From Candidatus Sericytochromatia bacterium (GTDB taxonomy: Bacteria; Cyanobacteriota; Sericytochromatia; S15B-MN24; UBA4093): a stretch of DNA of 64,000 nt. Shown here piece after piece: positions 16,340-26,137 of the stretch. Position 1 is the stretch's first letter, and every line of letters starts with the position of its first letter. The DNA lies in the NCBI GenBank assembly GCA_036676455.1, contig JAKFCW010000044.1, forward strand, positions 1,212 to 65,211, given 5' to 3'. The notes under the pieces were generated by a model, which made no database searches, had not been told where the DNA came from, and saw nothing but the letters and a program-made list of their open reading frames with translations. The translations under genes and the position numbers were made by a program.

Positions 16340-18937
16340 GTGACGCTCAGCGGTCATGAGATTCGTAACCAGTTCATCCAGTTCTTCAAGGACAAGGGCC
16401 ATACCCACCTGCCCAGTTCCAGCCTGGTCCCCAAGAAGGACCCGACCGTGCTCCTGACCACGGCCGGCATGCTCCAGTTCAAGCCCATCTTCATGGGCCT
16501 GGAGAAAAGCACCACCTCCCGCGCCGTCACCGTCCAGAAGTGCTTCCGCACCACCGACCTCGACAACGTCGGCCGCACGGCCCGCCACCACACCTTCTTC
16601 GAGATGCTCGGCAACTTCTCCTTCGGCGACTACTTCAAGGCCGAGGTGATCCCCTGGGCATGGGAGTTCCTGACCGGCGTGCTGGGTCTGCCCAAGGACA
16701 AGCTCTGGGTCTCCGTCTTCACCACCGACGAGGAAGCCGCCACCATCTGGAAGGAAAAGGTCGGCGTCTCGGCTGATCGCATCGTCTACCTGGGCGAGGA
16801 TTCCAACTTCTGGGCCGCCGGCCCCACCGGCCCCTGCGGCCCCTGCTCCGAGATCTACATCGACCTCGGCGTCGAGCGCGGCTGCGGCCAGGAGTCCTGC
16901 GCGGTCGGCTGCGACTGCGATCGCTTCCTCGAGATCTGGAACCTGGTCTTCATGGAGTTCAACCGCGACGAGTCAGGCAACCTCACCCCGCTGCCCGCCA
17001 AGAACATCGACACGGGCATGGGCCTCGAGCGCATCGCCTCGGTGCTCCAGGGCGTGCCCTCCAACTACGAGACCGACCTGCTCAAGCCCCTGCTGGACGC
17101 CGCCGCCGCGATGGCCGGCTTCTCTTACGGCAAGGGCGGCGAGGCCGACGTCTCGCTCAAGCTCATCGCCGACCACCTGCGCGGCTCGGTCTTCCTGATC
17201 GGCGACGGCGTCGTTCCCTCCAACGAGGGCCGCGGCTACGTCCTGCGCCGGATCATGCGCCGGGCCATCCGCCACGGCAAGCTGATCGGCATCACCAAAC
17301 CCTTCCTCTCCGAGCTCGCCGAGCAGGTGATCGCGCAGTACTCCGGCTACCCCGAGCTGCCCGCCCAGAAGCAGTTCATCCTGCAGGTCATGGCCGAGGA
17401 GGAGCGCCGCTTCAACCAGACGATCGACCGCGGCCAGCAGCTGCTCGCCCAGGCGATCGCCACCCTGTCGCCCAGCGAGGCCGAGCGCGTCATCCCCGGC
17501 GAGACCGCCTTCGAACTGTATGACACCTACGGCTTCCCCCTGGAGCTGACCATCGAGCTTTGTCGCGAGCAGAACGTCCGCGTCGACGAGACCGGCTTCC
17601 ATGCCGCGATGGAAGCCCAGCGCGAGCGCGCCCGCTCGGCCCGCGAGGCGGCCGGCGTCACCTTCGCCGCTGCCGAGCTGTCCACCAAGGTCGCGACGCC
17701 GTTCTCGGGCTACGAGCGCACCGAGGAGGAGACCAAGGTCCTCGAGGTCTTCCATGACAAGTCCGGCCGGATCGGCGTCATCCTCGGCCAGACTCCGTTC
17801 TACGCCGAGTCGGGCGGCCAGCTCGGCGACATCGGCATGATCGGCGACGCGCAGGTGGTCGATACCCAGAAGCAAGGCGACACCATCATCCACCTGCTTG
17901 CCGAGGGCGAATCCGCTCCCGAGGTCGGCGCCACGGTCCGCGCCGTCGTGGATCGCGCGCACCGCGAGAACACCATGCGCCACCACACGGCGACCCACCT
18001 CCTGCACGCTGCCCTCAAGCAGGTGCTCGGCCCCAACGTCAACCAGGCCGGCTCGCTGGTCGGCCCCACGGAGCTGCGCTTCGACTTCACCTTCCCCCGC
18101 GCGATGACGCCTGCGGAGCTCTCGCAGGTGGAGGACATCGTCAACGAGCAGATCCTGGCCAACCACTCGGTCGCCCATCTCCAGATGTCGATGAGCGAGG
18201 CTCAGGAGACGGGCGCCATGGCGCTGTTTGGCGAGAAGTACGGCGATACCGTGCGCGTGATCGACGTGCCCGGCTTCTCCAAGGAGCTCTGCGGCGGCAC
18301 GCACGTGCATGCCACGGGCACCATCGGCCTCTTCAAGGTCGTGCGTGAGGAAGGCATCGCCGCGGGCATCCGCCGCATCACGGCCGTCTCGGGCCTGGCG
18401 GCCCTGTCGCTGCTGCGCAAGCAGGCCGACGTGCTCGCCGAGACTGGCCAGCTGCTCAAGGCGTCGCCCGAGGAGCTTCCCGAGCGCGTCGAGCGCCTGC
18501 AGGCGCGCGTCAAGGCCGAGGAGACCGAGGTCGCCGTGCTGCGCACCCGCCTCGCCGTCAGCGCCACCGAGTCGCTGCTGGGCAAGGCCCAGACGGTGGC
18601 CGGCACGAAGCTCATCGCCGAGGTGGCTCCCGGCCTGTCGGCGGGTGAGCTCAAGAGTGCCGTCGAGCACCTTCGCGACAAGCTCTCCAGCGGCGTGGTC
18701 GTCTTGGGCTCGGTCGAGGACGGCAAGGTCGCGGTGGTCGCCGCGGCAACCGACGACGTGGTCAAGGAAGGCGCCAACGCCGGCAAGCTGATCCAGGCCG
18801 TCATGGCGGCTCTCGGCGGCAAGGGCGGCGGCAAGCCCCAGATGGCCCAGGGTGGCGGCGGCGATGCGAGCAAGCTGCAGACGGCGATCGCCCAGGTGGC
18901 GGACACTCTGAGTCAGCAGCTTCCCGTCAAGGCGTAA
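16340..18937 (+). CDS. alaS: Alanine--tRNA ligase
   Basis: 865 aa, GTG start. Class II AlaRS motifs (FFEMLGNFSFGDYFK) and the editing-domain HTATHLLH. Confidence 0.95.
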   Translation: MTLSGHEIRNQFIQFFKDKGHTHLPSSSLVPKKDPTVLLTTAGMLQFKPIFMGLEKSTTSRAVTVQKCFRTTDLDNVGRTARHHTFFEMLGNFSFGDYFKAEVIPWAWEFLTGVLGLPKDKLWVSVFTTDEEAATIWKEKVGVSADRIVYLGEDSNFWAAGPTGPCGPCSEIYIDLGVERGCGQESCAVGCDCDRFLEIWNLVFMEFNRDESGNLTPLPAKNIDTGMGLERIASVLQGVPSNYETDLLKPLLDAAAAMAGFSYGKGGEADVSLKLIADHLRGSVFLIGDGVVPSNEGRGYVLRRIMRRAIRHGKLIGITKPFLSELAEQVIAQYSGYPELPAQKQFILQVMAEEERRFNQTIDRGQQLLAQAIATLSPSEAERVIPGETAFELYDTYGFPLELTIELCREQNVRVDETGFHAAMEAQRERARSAREAAGVTFAAAELSTKVATPFSGYERTEEETKVLEVFHDKSGRIGVILGQTPFYAESGGQLGDIGMIGDAQVVDTQKQGDTIIHLLAEGESAPEVGATVRAVVDRAHRENTMRHHTATHLLHAALKQVLGPNVNQAGSLVGPTELRFDFTFPRAMTPAELSQVEDIVNEQILANHSVAHLQMSMSEAQETGAMALFGEKYGDTVRVIDVPGFSKELCGGTHVHATGTIGLFKVVREEGIAAGIRRITAVSGLAALSLLRKQADVLAETGQLLKASPEELPERVERLQARVKAEETEVAVLRTRLAVSATESLLGKAQTVAGTKLIAEVAPGLSAGELKSAVEHLRDKLSSGVVVLGSVEDGKVAVVAAATDDVVKEGANAGKLIQAVMAALGGKGGGKPQMAQGGGGDASKLQTAIAQVADTLSQQLPVKA

Positions 18938-18951
18938 GCCTCGTCACGTTC

Positions 18952-18986
18952 CGGGGGGACCTTGTCATGAGGTCCCCCCGTTTTTT
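18952..18986 (+). terminator. Rho-independent terminator of alaS
   Basis: CGGGGGGACC-9 nt loop-GGTCCCCCCG followed by TTTTTT. Confidence 0.85.
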
Positions 18987-19169
18987 CGCGCCGTTCGCAC
19001 GGGACTTGTCCATCCGGGCATCCTACCGATCTGAGTCGCCTGCAGCTGGATAGCCGCCTGCTGAGCGGCTATGCGTCCCCGCGCCGGATCCGCTCAAAAA
19101 AGTCCCTGCTTGCTTCCTAGGCGAGAGGGATGGCTGTTTGCTTGAATTCAGGCAGCGGAACGGTTTACG

Positions 19170-19236
19170 AGCGCCCGCGGCTGTTTCGTAAGGCAGCGAG
19201 CGTTAGCCGCGAGGCAGTCGTCAATCGGTTGAATCG
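19170..19236 (+). repeat. Copy A of a two-copy intergenic element (partner at 40230-40301)
   Basis: Shares AGCGCCCGCGGCTGT, CGTAAGGCAGCG and CGGTTGAATCG blocks, in the same order and orientation, with copy B. Confidence 0.6.
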
Positions 19237-19286
19237 TCAAGCTCGCTGACCTGCAGAAACGACGTTTGCTATAGGAGGGTGGCAGC

Positions 19287-20291
19287 ATGCGCACGGGAAG
19301 ACTGGCATGGGCGATATTGGCCGCGATGCTCGGATGCTCATGGGAGCCGCACGGAGCTGCGGGGCCCGCGGCCGTTCCGCCCCTCGCGACTGTTCCGGCT
19401 CCGGTCGCGGCGATGCCTCCATGGGACTGGGATGGCGGGGGGCTGAAGGCAACCGCCTCCATCCCGGTCCCGCTGACGGACGCGTGGCGACTCCTGGCCT
19501 TTCCCGCCGAGGAGGGCGGCTTCACGACCCTCTTTCTCTGGGATGAGTGGCTCGGTGAGCTCTACCTCTTGAACGGGGCGCTGGCGGGCTTGATCCCGGT
19601 CGTCGACGGCAGCCTTCGGCCGCGGGTCTTCGGCAAGGGCAAGAAGTTGCTGTTCACCGTGGGGGATCGCTCGTTCTTCTGGGACATGGAGCTCGAGGAG
19701 CGTACCACGCCCGTGACTGACGGGCGCTCTGCCCTGGCGGGCGGGCCGCAGACGGTGGTGACTCCCGACGGCAAGTGGCTGGCGTACGTATCGAATCGCG
19801 ACACGGTGGTGCTCAAGCGTGCGGATGGGCGCTACATCGCGAAGACCATCGAGCTCACCAAGCCGGCTGCCGAGGGGCCTCTCCTGGATGTCGACATGAC
19901 GGTCGACGGAACCGTCTTGATTCTCAATCTCGGGGGGCGCTTGTTCCTCTATGACGTCGTCGGGAAGCGGCTGGCGCTTGTTGCACCGCTGGACGCCGAA
20001 GCCTTTGACGGCAAGGATGGTCTGCGGGAGGTGGCCATCTCACCAACGGGACTGGCCTACGCCAGCACCGCCCGAGGGGGGCGGGTCTTGCTCTGGGACG
20101 CCGAGCGCCGGGCAATCGATGTGCTGGCGGGCGTGAACCTGGCCTTGGGTCGGATCGTGGACCTGTACTTCGTCAGCGAGGACCTCTTGATCCTAGAAAC
20201 GGTGGGCGTGGAGGGGCGTCTCTGGTGCTACGATCGGCGAACCGGTCTGCTGCGTCTGCTCGTGGCGCTGACGGATCCGCTTGGACCTTAA
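19287..20291 (+). CDS. Hypothetical lipoprotein, possible beta-propeller (TolB/PD40-like segments)
   Basis: 334 aa with AGGAGGG RBS. Lipobox AMLGC. Contains the DGKWLAYVSNRD-type motif. Confidence 0.6.
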   Translation: MRTGRLAWAILAAMLGCSWEPHGAAGPAAVPPLATVPAPVAAMPPWDWDGGGLKATASIPVPLTDAWRLLAFPAEEGGFTTLFLWDEWLGELYLLNGALAGLIPVVDGSLRPRVFGKGKKLLFTVGDRSFFWDMELEERTTPVTDGRSALAGGPQTVVTPDGKWLAYVSNRDTVVLKRADGRYIAKTIELTKPAAEGPLLDVDMTVDGTVLILNLGGRLFLYDVVGKRLALVAPLDAEAFDGKDGLREVAISPTGLAYASTARGGRVLLWDAERRAIDVLAGVNLALGRIVDLYFVSEDLLILETVGVEGRLWCYDRRTGLLRLLVALTDPLGP

Positions 20292-20448
20292 TCTATGTTT
20301 TCTATTAGGTTAACCTCGTCTTAATCATGTGACGCGAAAGCGACGCTATGCTTGTTGGGTTGCTTATTCTCTGGGATAACCGACGATGGGAAGTCAACGC
20401 AGCCGAACCATCCGAAACCCGAGCTCGATATAGTGAGGATGATTCGCC

Positions 20449-20901
20449 ATGAAGCGTTACATTGCCCTGGCCATGCTGGCCGCCTCCCTGCTTGCCGGTT
20501 GCGGCACCTCCCCCGCGGCACTGCCGTCCGCCGTCAACGGCAAGGCTTCCGCGGCTGCGCTGGAAACCGGCGCCCAGGTCCAGATTTACAAGGCGTTCAA
20601 GCGCGTCGAAGCGTCCAAGCAGCTTCGCGTGGTCGTCATGTACTGGGTTCGCCAGGAGGGGCAGGACCGCGAGTTCCGCCAGCTGATCGTCGACTCGGTG
20701 CCCACCCAGGACCGCACGGTTTACCGCAGTGGCTTCCGTCCGATGCAGATGGTCGCCAACGGCAAGGACTTCCTGCAGGATGAGGCCGCTGTGCTGAAGA
20801 TTTCGCGCGAGCTCGGCGCTCTCACCTACCATACCGTCACCCAGGAGCAGCAGGAAGTCGTCTCGCTGGCTTACGAGATGATGATGGACCTCGTCCACTA
20901 G
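20449..20901 (+). CDS. Hypothetical lipoprotein
   Basis: 150 aa. Signal peptide with lipobox LLAGC. No family recognised. Confidence 0.6.
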   Translation: MKRYIALAMLAASLLAGCGTSPAALPSAVNGKASAAALETGAQVQIYKAFKRVEASKQLRVVVMYWVRQEGQDREFRQLIVDSVPTQDRTVYRSGFRPMQMVANGKDFLQDEAAVLKISRELGALTYHTVTQEQQEVVSLAYEMMMDLVH

Positions 20902-20920
20902 GTTTTCGAGACTCAGCCAA

Positions 20921-20965
20921 GATCAAGGCCCGCCTTACCGGCACTCGGTAAGGCGGGCCTTGATC
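20921..20965. terminator. Bidirectional terminator hairpin (20-bp perfect stem, 5-nt loop)
   Basis: GATCAAGGCCCGCCTTACCG-GCACT-CGGTAAGGCGGGCCTTGATC between convergent genes. Confidence 0.75.
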
Positions 20966-20975
20966 TTGAGGGGGA

Positions 20976-21797
20976 TCAGGCCTTGGGCGTTTCGGCGAGG
21001 CTGCGCACGGGGTGATGAGCCACCGATGCGGCCAGCGAGCCGAAGAGGCGCGTGGCATTGTGGGCGAAGGCGTCCGGGTCGCCGCTCACGAGGAAAGTGT
21101 GCGCGGGATCGGGTGCGGGCTCGGCGAGGAGTTCGTGGCCGGCCAGGATCTCTCCGAGCGCCCGGACCGCTTCGAGGGCAGGGTCGACCAGCTTGACGCC
21201 GGGGCCGACGATGCCCTGGATCAGGGACGCGATGATGGGGTAGTGGGTGCAGCCGAGCACCAGGGCGTCGAGGTCGGCGTCCAGCAAGGGGGCCAGCGAT
21301 TCGATGACCACGGCAGCCGCGCGATCCGAGTTCCAGTCGCCGGCTTCGATCATGGGGACCAGGCGGGGGCAGGCGAGGGGAAGGACCTCGGCGTCGGGGC
21401 GGATGGAGGCGATCGCCCGGGCGTGCGCGCCGCTCGCGATGGTCGCCTCGGTCGCGATGACGCCGATCCGCTTGCCACAGCGAACGGCTGCGCGCGCGCC
21501 GGCCTCGATCAGGCCCAGGATCGGCACGGGGCAGTCGCCGTCGAGGGCGTCCAGGGCCACCGCGCTGGAGGTGTTGCAGGCGACCAGAACGGCCTTGGCC
21601 CCGCGTTGCAGGAGGATGTCGAGGATCTCACGGTTGAAGGCGATCAGCTCGTCGACGGAGCGGCCCCCATACGGAACCCGGGCGGTATCCCCGAAGTAAA
21701 GCACCCCTTCGTGGGGCAACTGGCGAAAAACTTCCCGGACGACGGAGAGCCCTCCCAATCCGGAGTCATAGAGCCCAATGGGGCTTGCTGATTTCAA
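20976..21797 (-). CDS. murI: Glutamate racemase
   Basis: 273 aa, TTG start. Motifs DSGLGGL, VACNTSS, GCTHYP. Confidence 0.92.
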   Translation of the reverse strand: MKSASPIGLYDSGLGGLSVVREVFRQLPHEGVLYFGDTARVPYGGRSVDELIAFNREILDILLQRGAKAVLVACNTSSAVALDALDGDCPVPILGLIEAGARAAVRCGKRIGVIATEATIASGAHARAIASIRPDAEVLPLACPRLVPMIEAGDWNSDRAAAVVIESLAPLLDADLDALVLGCTHYPIIASLIQGIVGPGVKLVDPALEAVRALGEILAGHELLAEPAPDPAHTFLVSGDPDAFAHNATRLFGSLAASVAHHPVRSLAETPKA

Positions 21798-22079
21798 ACG
21801 AGCGTCCTCATGACAACGTCGTGGCTTGACTTCAGTAGTTTATCACCCCTCGCTCCAGGCCGCCAAGGCCGAATGGCCGCTGGTTTCAACTTGCCAGCCT
21901 GCGGGAATTCCTTTACCATGTCGCTAACTGACATGAAGGACTCCTTACGACGCAGCCGTGTTGGGAGCGCCACCGCGAAGCCGAAGCTGTGCTTCCGAAC
22001 GTTACCCATCCAAGGAGTAACCTCGGCAAGCGGCCTCACGGCTTCCGAAGACGCTGCCAGGTCATAGATGGAGGATCGA

Positions 22080-23042
22080 ATGGAAACGCTCACCCAGTTG
22101 GCGCAAGAAGATCTGCAGAATCTCATCGGCGTCGCCACGAAAATCCCCGCGGCAACCTCCTGGGAGTACCTGGCCAATTCCATTCGCGAGGCCCTCGCCA
22201 CCCATGCGCCTGGCGTCGAAGCCGCTGCATGGCTGCCGGCCCCCGATGGAGTGGTCGCCCTGAGCGGCAAGGCCCTCGAGACCTTCGAGCCCTTCACCTC
22301 CAGCGCAGAGGTCGAGGACGCCATGCAGGAGGGCGATTTCGCCCCTATCCCCGTGGTCGGTGGCGGCTACAAGGTCGCCATCCAGGCCAACCGCCAGACG
22401 TTCGGCATGCTCCTGCTGCAGAGCCCCAAAGCGGATGCCGACTTCCTTCAGAACCTCGCTCGCATCCTCGCCACCCCCATGGGTTTCGCCTTCCTGAGCA
22501 ACCAGCTCGCCGACGAGGTCGCCAAGCGGACCTCCACCGACAAGGTCACGGGCCTCTGGAACCGCCAGTACTTCAACGAGCGCTTCCGCGAGGAATGTGA
22601 GCGCCTCGTCCGCTCCAAGGAGACCGGCGCGGTGGCGCTGATCGCGCTCGACAACTTCCAGGCCCTGGCTCGCACCATGCCGGCCGACGAGCTCAACGCC
22701 ATGTTCGCGCAGATCGGCCAGGCCGTGCGCCAGGTGATCCGCCAGACCGACTGGGCGGTTCGCTGGGACAACTACGACCTGCTCTTCTACTTCCCCTCGA
22801 CCTCGGCCGAGGCCGCGGTGGAGGTCCTCAAGCGCTTCGCCCGCAAGCTCGTGGGCATCTCGCCCATCCTGGAGCCCCTTGCCGGCGTCAGCTCGACGGT
22901 CGAGACCACCAGCCCGCGCGCGCTGGTCCAGCTCTCGACGCGTCGACTTGACCTTGCTCGCAAGGACGGCGGCCGCCGGGTCGTCTGCTTCGCCACCCCG
23001 GGCGGCGGCCTGCAGTTCTTCCGCGAGGGAAGCGAAGCGTAG
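22080..23042 (+). CDS. Sensor-domain protein with degenerate GGDEF domain (active site DNYDL, I-site RQTD retained)
   Basis: Start at the second ATG (GGAGG, 5 nt, ATG). GGDEF-domain entry motif DKVTGLWNRQYF. RQTD-WAVRW-DNYDL sits where RxxD-x5-GGDEF is expected. Confidence 0.75.
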   Translation: METLTQLAQEDLQNLIGVATKIPAATSWEYLANSIREALATHAPGVEAAAWLPAPDGVVALSGKALETFEPFTSSAEVEDAMQEGDFAPIPVVGGGYKVAIQANRQTFGMLLLQSPKADADFLQNLARILATPMGFAFLSNQLADEVAKRTSTDKVTGLWNRQYFNERFREECERLVRSKETGAVALIALDNFQALARTMPADELNAMFAQIGQAVRQVIRQTDWAVRWDNYDLLFYFPSTSAEAAVEVLKRFARKLVGISPILEPLAGVSSTVETTSPRALVQLSTRRLDLARKDGGRRVVCFATPGGGLQFFREGSEA

Positions 23043-23054
23043 GTGAGTGTCTAA

Positions 23055-24038
23055 GTGACCGCGTTCGATCACGTTCTGGGTCAAGAGAGGGCCGTCCGCA
23101 CCTTGCGGGCGGCCCTCGCCACCCCGCACCACGCCTACCTCTTCGTCGGCCCCGCGGGCGTTGGCAAGGAGACGGCGGCCCGGTCGTTCGCGCTGGCCCT
23201 CAACTGCACCCGGGGTGAAGGCTGCCTCGATGCCGAGGGCGCCTGCCCGGAGTGTCTCGCCATCCATCACGGCAACCACCCCGACGTCCGGATCGCGGTG
23301 CCGTCCGAGGGCAAGAAGGTCTTCTCGGTCGAGGACGTCCGCAAACTGGTCCAGGAGGCCGGCTGGAAGGCGCACCGCGGCAAGTGGAAGGTTTACATCG
23401 TCTCCACCGACCTCTTGAACCTCCAGGGCGCCAACACCCTCTTGAAGACCGTCGAAGAGCCCGTGCCCGGAACCGTCATCATCCTGCTGGGTGCCAGCGT
23501 GGACACGGTCCTGCCCACCCTGGTCTCGCGCTGCCAGATCGTGCCCTTCGCTCCGGTCGCGCGCGGGCTGATCGAATCCGAGCTGCTAAAGCGGGGCCTC
23601 GATGAGGCGCGCGCGAGCGAGCTGGGCGCACTTGCCGACGGCCGTCTCGGCTGGGCCCTCACCGAATCCACGCATGAGGCGCCCGAGCCCCCGCGCCTGA
23701 TCGCGCTCAGCACCATGACCGACCGCCTCACCGAGGCCGAACGCCTCGCCGCGCTCGATGCCGAGTCGCAGCAGCGCGCGGTGGAATCGCTCCTCCTCCA
23801 GGTTCGTGATATCATCATTTGGGCCGAAACGCGGCGTGACGACTTGGTCAGCCGCTCAGCCGACGCCGCCGCCATGGGCCGCGGTCTGCCCCGGGACTAC
23901 TGGCTTCGCGTGCTTTCGCGCCTGGAGCGCCACCGGAGGCAACTGCTCAGCCACGCGAACGCAAAACTGGCCTGGACCGTGCTCGCAGGCGACCTGGCTC
24001 CCCAGGCCCGCGAGCTCGAACGCTCCACGCGGAGCTGA
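23055..24038 (+). CDS. holB: DNA polymerase III subunit delta-prime
   Basis: 327 aa, GTG start. HAYLFVGPAGVGKET and a Zn-module-like CxxC region. Confidence 0.85.
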   Translation: MTAFDHVLGQERAVRTLRAALATPHHAYLFVGPAGVGKETAARSFALALNCTRGEGCLDAEGACPECLAIHHGNHPDVRIAVPSEGKKVFSVEDVRKLVQEAGWKAHRGKWKVYIVSTDLLNLQGANTLLKTVEEPVPGTVIILLGASVDTVLPTLVSRCQIVPFAPVARGLIESELLKRGLDEARASELGALADGRLGWALTESTHEAPEPPRLIALSTMTDRLTEAERLAALDAESQQRAVESLLLQVRDIIIWAETRRDDLVSRSADAAAMGRGLPRDYWLRVLSRLERHRRQLLSHANAKLAWTVLAGDLAPQARELERSTRS

Positions 24039-24060
24039 CGCTCTCTAGAAAGGACCGACC

Positions 24061-24873
24061 TTGTCGACGATCGGCATCCGACTGCGCAACGGCGAGCTAA
24101 GACTCCTCGAACCGCAGGACGAATCCCTGCAACGCCAGGACTTCGTCGTCTACGAAACCGAGAAGGGCCTCGAGTGCTCTCCGGTGATCGTGCTGCCGTC
24201 GGCGGTGGTCACCGAGCATGGAAAGCTTCCCACCGCGACCCTCATTCGCAAGGCGTCCGCGGCCGACCTCAAGCAGCTCGACTCGAAGTGGACCGAGGAG
24301 GTCAAGGCGCATGCCCTCTGCGGCGAGAAGATCGCCGCCCACGGCCTCCCCATGAAGCTGATCGAGACGGTCTACACCTTCGACTTCTCGCGCCTCACCT
24401 TCTTCTACACCGCCGACCACCGGGTGGACTTTCGGACCCTGCTCAAGGACCTCACCTCGACCTTTCGCCGGGTGCGCATCGAGCTTCGCCAGATCGGCGT
24501 TCGCGACGCCGCCGGCATCCTGGGCGGCGTGGGCCTCTGCGGCCGCGAGCTCTGCTGCTCGACCTTCCTCAAGGAGTTCGCTCCGATCACAATCAAGCTC
24601 GCCAAGGAGCAGAACCTCCCCATGAACCCCAGCAAGATCAGCGGCCTCTGCGGCCGCCTGATGTGCTGCCTCTCGTACGAACACGAGATGTACAAGGAGA
24701 TCAAGGCCGAGCTTCCGCGCGTCGGCGACTGGGTCTCGACGCCGGACGGTAAGGGCATCGTGCTCGAACAGCTGGTGATGAAGGAATCCGTGAAGGTCGA
24801 GATCACCGATGACCTCGTGGTGGTCGTGCCGCTCAACTTGATCACCGAGGCCCCGTCCTCGCAAAACCGCTAG
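24061..24873 (+). CDS. ricT: PSP1-domain protein, RicT/YaaT family
   Basis: 270 aa, TTG start. Cys-rich CGRELCC ... CGRLMCCLSYE. Follows holB as in Firmicutes. Confidence 0.85.
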   Translation: MSTIGIRLRNGELRLLEPQDESLQRQDFVVYETEKGLECSPVIVLPSAVVTEHGKLPTATLIRKASAADLKQLDSKWTEEVKAHALCGEKIAAHGLPMKLIETVYTFDFSRLTFFYTADHRVDFRTLLKDLTSTFRRVRIELRQIGVRDAAGILGGVGLCGRELCCSTFLKEFAPITIKLAKEQNLPMNPSKISGLCGRLMCCLSYEHEMYKEIKAELPRVGDWVSTPDGKGIVLEQLVMKESVKVEITDDLVVVVPLNLITEAPSSQNR

Positions 24874-24885
24874 AGGAGGCAATCC

Positions 24886-26136
24886 ATGGCTCATCGCAGA
24901 CTCCCCGCCCTCGCCATCGGCCTCGCCGCCGCGCTCACCGCCTGCTCCAGCGATTCGGGCAACCAGGTCGAGTTCTGGACCATGGGCCTCAAGCCCCAGT
25001 TCACCGGCTACATGGAAGCGACCATCGCCGACTTCGAGAAGGCGAACCCCGGAGTGGACGTCGACTGGGTGGACCTTCCCGCCTCGGCCATCGAGCAAAA
25101 GGCCCTCTCCTCGGTCGCGGGCGGCAACCCTCCGGATCTCATCAACCTCAACCCCGCCTTCTCGTCCAAGCTCGCCCGCCAGGGCGCCCTGGTCGAGCTG
25201 GGCGCGTCCCTCCCGGGTGACGTGCTCGCCCAGTACTACCCCGCCGCCCTGGACGCCACCCGCATCGACGGCAAGCTCTACGGCCTGCCCTGGTACCTGA
25301 GCACCCAGGTCTCGGTCTTCAACAAGGCCAACCTCGAAGCGGCCGGCATCACGACCCTGCCCAAGACCTACCGCGAGATGTCGAGCCATGCCGCGACCCT
25401 GAAGAAGGCCGGCTTCCAGCCCTTCATGCCGAGCTTCGGGGACAGCAACAAGCTCATGGAGCTGATGGCCATGGACGGCGTGACGCTGCTCAGTGCGGAC
25501 GGCAAGAAGGCCGCCTTCGACACTCCCGAGGGCCGCGCGTCGTTCGCTTACTGGGTGGGCCTGTACCGGGACGGGACGATCGCCAAGGAATCGCTCAGCC
25601 TTGATCACCGCGAGGTCGTCGACCGCTTTCAGGCGGGCCAGACCACCGTGCTGCCGGCGGGTCCCCAGTTCCTCACGCTCATCAAGCAGAACGCTCCCGA
25701 GCTCTACGCCAAGCTCGAGGTCGGCCCGCAACTTTCCGGCACGTCCGGCAAGGTGGGCGTCGGCGTCATGAACCTCGTCGTGCCCAAGGGAGCCAAGCAC
25801 CAGGCCGAGGCCCTTCAGCTCGCGCAGTTCATCACCAACGCCGAGAACCAGCTCGCCTTCTCGAAGCTGGTCCCCATCCTGCCCTCGATCAAGGCCGCGG
25901 CCCAGGCCGATTACTTCACCAAGCTGCCGGCTGATCCCACGCTCGAGGACCGCGCCCGCAAGATCGCCGCCGAGCAGTTGGAGCGCGCCGAGCTGCTGGT
26001 CCCGCCGCTGCCGCGCCACGACGAGCTGGCCAAGGCCCTCAATCAGGCCTTCCAGGGCGCCGCCCTCGGCAAGTCCAAGCCGGATGAAGCCCTCGCGAAG
26101 GCTGCCGCCGATTGGGAAAGGATCCTGAGCAAGTAG
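24886..26136 (+). CDS. ABC transporter substrate-binding lipoprotein (carbohydrate type)
   Basis: 416 aa. Lipobox LTAC. Family-1 solute-binding sequence character. Confidence 0.8.
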   Translation: MAHRRLPALAIGLAAALTACSSDSGNQVEFWTMGLKPQFTGYMEATIADFEKANPGVDVDWVDLPASAIEQKALSSVAGGNPPDLINLNPAFSSKLARQGALVELGASLPGDVLAQYYPAALDATRIDGKLYGLPWYLSTQVSVFNKANLEAAGITTLPKTYREMSSHAATLKKAGFQPFMPSFGDSNKLMELMAMDGVTLLSADGKKAAFDTPEGRASFAYWVGLYRDGTIAKESLSLDHREVVDRFQAGQTTVLPAGPQFLTLIKQNAPELYAKLEVGPQLSGTSGKVGVGVMNLVVPKGAKHQAEALQLAQFITNAENQLAFSKLVPILPSIKAAAQADYFTKLPADPTLEDRARKIAAEQLERAELLVPPLPRHDELAKALNQAFQGAALGKSKPDEALAKAAADWERILSK

Positions 26137-26137
26137 C

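Noticed and set aside
21810-22067. 85-aa ORF in the murI/GGDEF divergent spacer, and the 88-aa ORF 62435-62701 in the low-GC spacer
   Set aside because: Neither has an RBS. Their codon composition is atypical compared with neighbouring genes, and they have no recognisable motifs. They are most likely promoter or leader DNA.
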